Source: Promethearchaeota archaeon
GTDB taxonomy: Archaea > Asgardarchaeota > Lokiarchaeia > Sigyniarchaeales > SOKP01
Direction: 5' to 3'
NCBI GenBank assembly: GCA_019057865.1
Contig: JAHLWP010000012.1
Coordinates: 1-64,000, forward strand
Length of the DNA stretch: 64,000 bases
The position numbers were made by a program, and so were the translations under genes. Below the pieces are notes generated by a model. That model saw only the letters and a program-made list of their open reading frames with translations. It did no database searches and was not told where the DNA came from. Every line of letters begins with the position of its first letter. Position 1 is the stretch's first letter. Below are positions 60,484 through 64,000 of the stretch, one piece after another.

Positions 60484-61719
60484 TTACTTGTAGAGATCTT
60501 TTTCTAAAGAATAAGTTATTAAGATGAACATTCCTGAAATTCCAAATAATACAACTGAAGTTAATATTAGAAATTCCATTACTACAAAAGAATAGAATAA
60601 ATAGCTCATTGGAACAAATATGATTTTAGCCAAAGAGGTATAGGTCTGAAGAAATTGAAATTTATATGTTTTATACTTCTCATTTTTAGAAATATCAGTA
60701 ATAAAAGAAGTATATGAGAAAATAGCCAAGCTTGCTGTAAAAGAAAGCCCAAAATTTATAATTAAAATCAACACGAAATTTGAAACTGTTAAGGAGCCCA
60801 TCAATAGCATATATGAAATTATACCAATAAACATCAATTTTCTCTTATCATACTCCTTTCCATTATTGCCTTTTTTAAGATCTAATTTATAGGCAATAAT
60901 ATTGCCTAAAAGTGCCCCTATTGGAAAAATTAATAATAAAAAACTATATACTCTAAAAGATGATTCTCCAAATTTATTTAAAACCCATGAACTAAATAGA
61001 TAAAGGAATAATAAATCGGAACTTCCAAGAAAAAATGCAATATATATAATTAACATAATAGGATTTTTATTATTCAGAGAATTAATTTTACTAGATTCTT
61101 TTATACTATAAGTAGGGGAGAGTAGTTGTATTTTACTATTTAAAGCAACACTTATTATAATAAAGATAATCATTACTGAAAAACAAAGAAAAAAGAAAAT
61201 ATGCCATAACGTCAACAATGATATTTTAACTATAATAACTTGAAAAAGTATTGATGTCGTTAGATAAGCTATAATTGTAGTGATTCTGAGAATTAAAATA
61301 ATAGTTTGTTTAACAGAGGGAAATTCTTGAGAAATTCGTAAATAAAGATTACTCATTACTGTTCTGATTAAGAAAATTGAAAAAAGTGAAAGAAAAGTAA
61401 ATAATCCGAATAAATATAGTGATTCCTTATAAAAAATAAATATTAAAATACTTCCACTCAAAATTAGACAACAAATATAGAATAAAAGTTTACTTTGAAC
61501 TTCTTTTTTAAAATATCTATCATAAAAATAGCCAAATAAAGGAGACATGAATAAGGGTAAGTATGGGAATATTTGTACTAAAGCTAATTCTTTAGGATCT
61601 ACTTTTAAAACATCTAAATAAAATAAAGGGATAAAATAGAGAAAAATTACTTGATACATGGTAATAACGAAATATATCAGAAAGAAGCTGAGATAAACTT
61701 TGTTTTTATGTAAATTCAT
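60484..61719 (-). CDS. MFS-like transporter
   Basis: About 12 hydrophobic segments; FGYFYDRY (motif A-like). Confidence 0.75.
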   Translation of the reverse strand: MNLHKNKVYLSFFLIYFVITMYQVIFLYFIPLFYLDVLKVDPKELALVQIFPYLPLFMSPLFGYFYDRYFKKEVQSKLLFYICCLILSGSILIFIFYKESLYLFGLFTFLSLFSIFLIRTVMSNLYLRISQEFPSVKQTIILILRITTIIAYLTTSILFQVIIVKISLLTLWHIFFFLCFSVMIIFIIISVALNSKIQLLSPTYSIKESSKINSLNNKNPIMLIIYIAFFLGSSDLLFLYLFSSWVLNKFGESSFRVYSFLLLIFPIGALLGNIIAYKLDLKKGNNGKEYDKRKLMFIGIISYMLLMGSLTVSNFVLILIINFGLSFTASLAIFSYTSFITDISKNEKYKTYKFQFLQTYTSLAKIIFVPMSYLFYSFVVMEFLILTSVVLFGISGMFILITYSLEKDLYK

Positions 61720-62144
61720 TCCTCTTCTCTTCCCATTATCATTATTTTTAATTTTTAAATACTCTTTTTAAACTCCAATTTTTGTTTATAATTGAATATA
61801 GCTTTATATTATCGAGAATTTCCTTAGCAGGATAATTATACTCACATTGTTAAAAAAATATAGGATGTAAAATTCGAAACCGAATTTTACAATCATCAAT
61901 AACAACTTCCATAATATATTTTACACTTTATGGAATTGTTTCTCCACCAAATATTGAGGACATGAGTAATATACCCCTTTCTTGTTATCCAACGTGTAGG
62001 TAAAATTATCTACGAATATTTATTCTATAGTTTATATAAAAAGTGAACGAAAAAAAGGAAAAGTATCCAGAGAAGAGGAGTTTTAGACTAATGTATTTCA
62101 ATATAAATGCAAAAAATAGAAAAAAGGAATGAACTTATGTTTAA

Positions 62145-63437
62145 CTATATACTTTTATTTTTAGGGGGTTTAATAAGAAATGCTAAAATTGCTGCGCCAA
62201 TAGACATAATTCCCATGACAATAAAAAGGATCAAATAACTTCCGAATACTGATACAAACGCATTCACCATAGTTGCCCCTATAAATCCTGCAATTCCATA
62301 GGCAGTAAATACTATTCCATAGTTAGGTCCTAAATTTTTAGTACCAAATAAATCAGCAGTCGCCGTTGGAAACAAAGAAAAGTTACCTCCGAAGCAAAAA
62401 TAAATAGCACATGTCATTATTAGAAAATAAACGACATTCTCGTTTGTTGTAAAATATAGAAACATCAAAATCGCTTGAGTTGTAAACAATAATAGCATTG
62501 CTTTCTTATAAGTGATTAAATCAGCTAATTGTCCCCAAATAATTCTTCCAGCTCCGTTAAATAATGCTGCTAAACTTCCAATTAACACAAAATCAGCAGT
62601 TCCAATAACATAAATAAGATCACCTATATCATTTTCTGATTTAGCAAAAGCAGCATAGGATCCAATAACCAGTAAACCTGATATTGCGCTTAATACGAAT
62701 GTTGCCCAAAGCATCCAAAATTGGGGCAATTTAACTGTTTTGCTCCTTTCAAATTCAATTCCAGAAATTCCACTTTCTTCTGAAGGTGGTGGAGGACTCC
62801 ATCCCTCAGGTTTCCAATCTTCTGGGGGGTTGCTTAAAGTCATTGCTCCTCCAATAATTAAAACTATGTAAATTAATCCTAATACAACAAACATAAGTGG
62901 AATATTTTTTGAGATTTCTGATACAAAATTTAGATCATCAGTCTCTAAATTCTTTGGGTTTGCTAAAGCTTTTATTACGTAATTAAAGATAAATGAACCA
63001 GCTCCAAATCCCGCAACAGCAATCCCATTAATTAATCCTTTTTTATCTGGAAACCATTTATTTGCTGATGCAATAGGACAAACATATCCAAATCCTATAC
63101 CTGCTCCAAAGATAATACCATAAGTAATAAACAATCCAATAAATGTAGTCATTGCTGCTGATGTTATAACACCAATTCCAATTAAGATACCTCCAAGGAT
63201 TGCTATTTTTTTGGGACCATATTTCTGTTGTAACTGTCCAGCAAAAATCATAGTAATCGCAAAAGATAATAAACCGATTCCGAAAACAAAGACAGTTAAT
63301 TCCCTTGCTTCATCTAGGTAAGGGCTAACAAATATCGTTAGAGTACCCCATGAATAGATCGTTCCAAGAGCCAATTGGATGAGTATAGCACCTATTACAA
63401 TAATCCATCGATTCCTAACTTTCTTTTCTGTAACCAT
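62145..63437 (-). CDS. OFA-family (oxalate:formate antiporter-like) MFS transporter
   Basis: NRWIIVIGA, GTIYSWG, KWFPDKKGL and FGTKNLGPNYG motifs. Confidence 0.9.
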   Translation of the reverse strand: MVTEKKVRNRWIIVIGAILIQLALGTIYSWGTLTIFVSPYLDEARELTVFVFGIGLLSFAITMIFAGQLQQKYGPKKIAILGGILIGIGVITSAAMTTFIGLFITYGIIFGAGIGFGYVCPIASANKWFPDKKGLINGIAVAGFGAGSFIFNYVIKALANPKNLETDDLNFVSEISKNIPLMFVVLGLIYIVLIIGGAMTLSNPPEDWKPEGWSPPPPSEESGISGIEFERSKTVKLPQFWMLWATFVLSAISGLLVIGSYAAFAKSENDIGDLIYVIGTADFVLIGSLAALFNGAGRIIWGQLADLITYKKAMLLLFTTQAILMFLYFTTNENVVYFLIMTCAIYFCFGGNFSLFPTATADLFGTKNLGPNYGIVFTAYGIAGFIGATMVNAFVSVFGSYLILFIVMGIMSIGAAILAFLIKPPKNKSI

Positions 63438-63658
63438 TGTTTTAAACCTAAATAATTTACTGTGTGTGAAAATTCTTAGAAGATTAAAAATTTTGTATTA
63501 ATATTTTATTAATAATAATGCTAAAACTTTTTCGAAAATAAATGAAATCACTATTTACTTTTTTGTATGATTAATCCGAAAAAAATTAACATTAATTAAT
63601 GGTAAAATCTAATAATATAACTACCAATTTTTCAAAAACTATTGTTTATGGAACTAAA

Positions 63659-64000
63659 ATGAATCGCATTGAAATTTCGAAAAAACATTTAGTTTTGATT
63701 TTCCTTTTTTTATTAATTTTCATTGTAGGAACAATACTAATCTTTATAACTCCGACAAGTATAAAAATTATTTATGGGCGAAGTGTCAAAACATCCGATG
63801 GTGAAACAATTTCATTTAATGTACTTGAGCCAAAAAGAGGAGGATCTAATAAAAAGGCAGTAATTATAGGGCATGGTATCATGTCAAATAAAGAAATGAT
63901 GAAAGGTTATGCAATAGAATTAGCTGCTGCAGGATTTGTGGCTATACCTTTCGATTTCAGAGGGCATGGGCAAAGTTCAGGTGAACTTGATAGGGATAGA
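63659..64000 (+). CDS. Alpha/beta hydrolase with N-terminal TM (partial, runs off the window)
   Basis: MNRIEISKKHLVLIF...IIGHG...GFVAIPFDFRGHGQS. Confidence 0.8.
   Translation, partial: MNRIEISKKHLVLIFLFLLIFIVGTILIFITPTSIKIIYGRSVKTSDGETISFNVLEPKRGGSNKKAVIIGHGIMSNKEMMKGYAIELAAAGFVAIPFDFRGHGQSSGELDRDR

Noticed and set aside
61720-62144. 425-nt intergenic region with a short open frame on the minus strand
   Set aside because: No recognisable product, RNA structure or repeat.
1-64000. tRNA, rRNA, CRISPR arrays, transposases/integrases
   Set aside because: None seen by eye: no GC-rich structural RNA islands, no regularly spaced repeats and no transposase motifs in the ORFs.

Overview
This is an AT-rich, gene-dense archaeal window. 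It is most likely Asgard (Lokiarchaeia/Promethearchaeota), judged from a Rab-like small GTPase, a eukaryote-type SECIS hairpin, a Loki-CTERM-like anchor and a metamonad-like ornithine carbamoyltransferase. It encodes anaerobic amino-acid catabolism: two tungsten AOR-family enzymes, a sarcosine/proline-dehydrogenase-like pair, arcB/arcC/rocD and a lysine fermentation cluster (kal-kce-kdd-kamA-kamB-kamD-kamE). It also carries several housekeeping and accessory genes and many gene remnants. The redox locus at 41.1-47.7 kb carries two layers of RNA-level recoding that the ORF track misses. (1) The 4x[4Fe-4S] partner of AOR (43039-43658) is interrupted by two short inserts (30 nt and 32 nt). Both fold into bulge-helix-bulge (BHB) motifs, and excising them at canonical splicing-endonuclease positions restores the CxxCxxCxxxC motifs and the reading frame. 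These are candidate tRNA-type introns in an Asgard mRNA and are the top finding. (2) hdrA and mvhD each contain two in-frame UGA codons at conserved Cys positions, followed by one eukaryote-like SECIS. All structure and family calls were made by eye; no searches were run.
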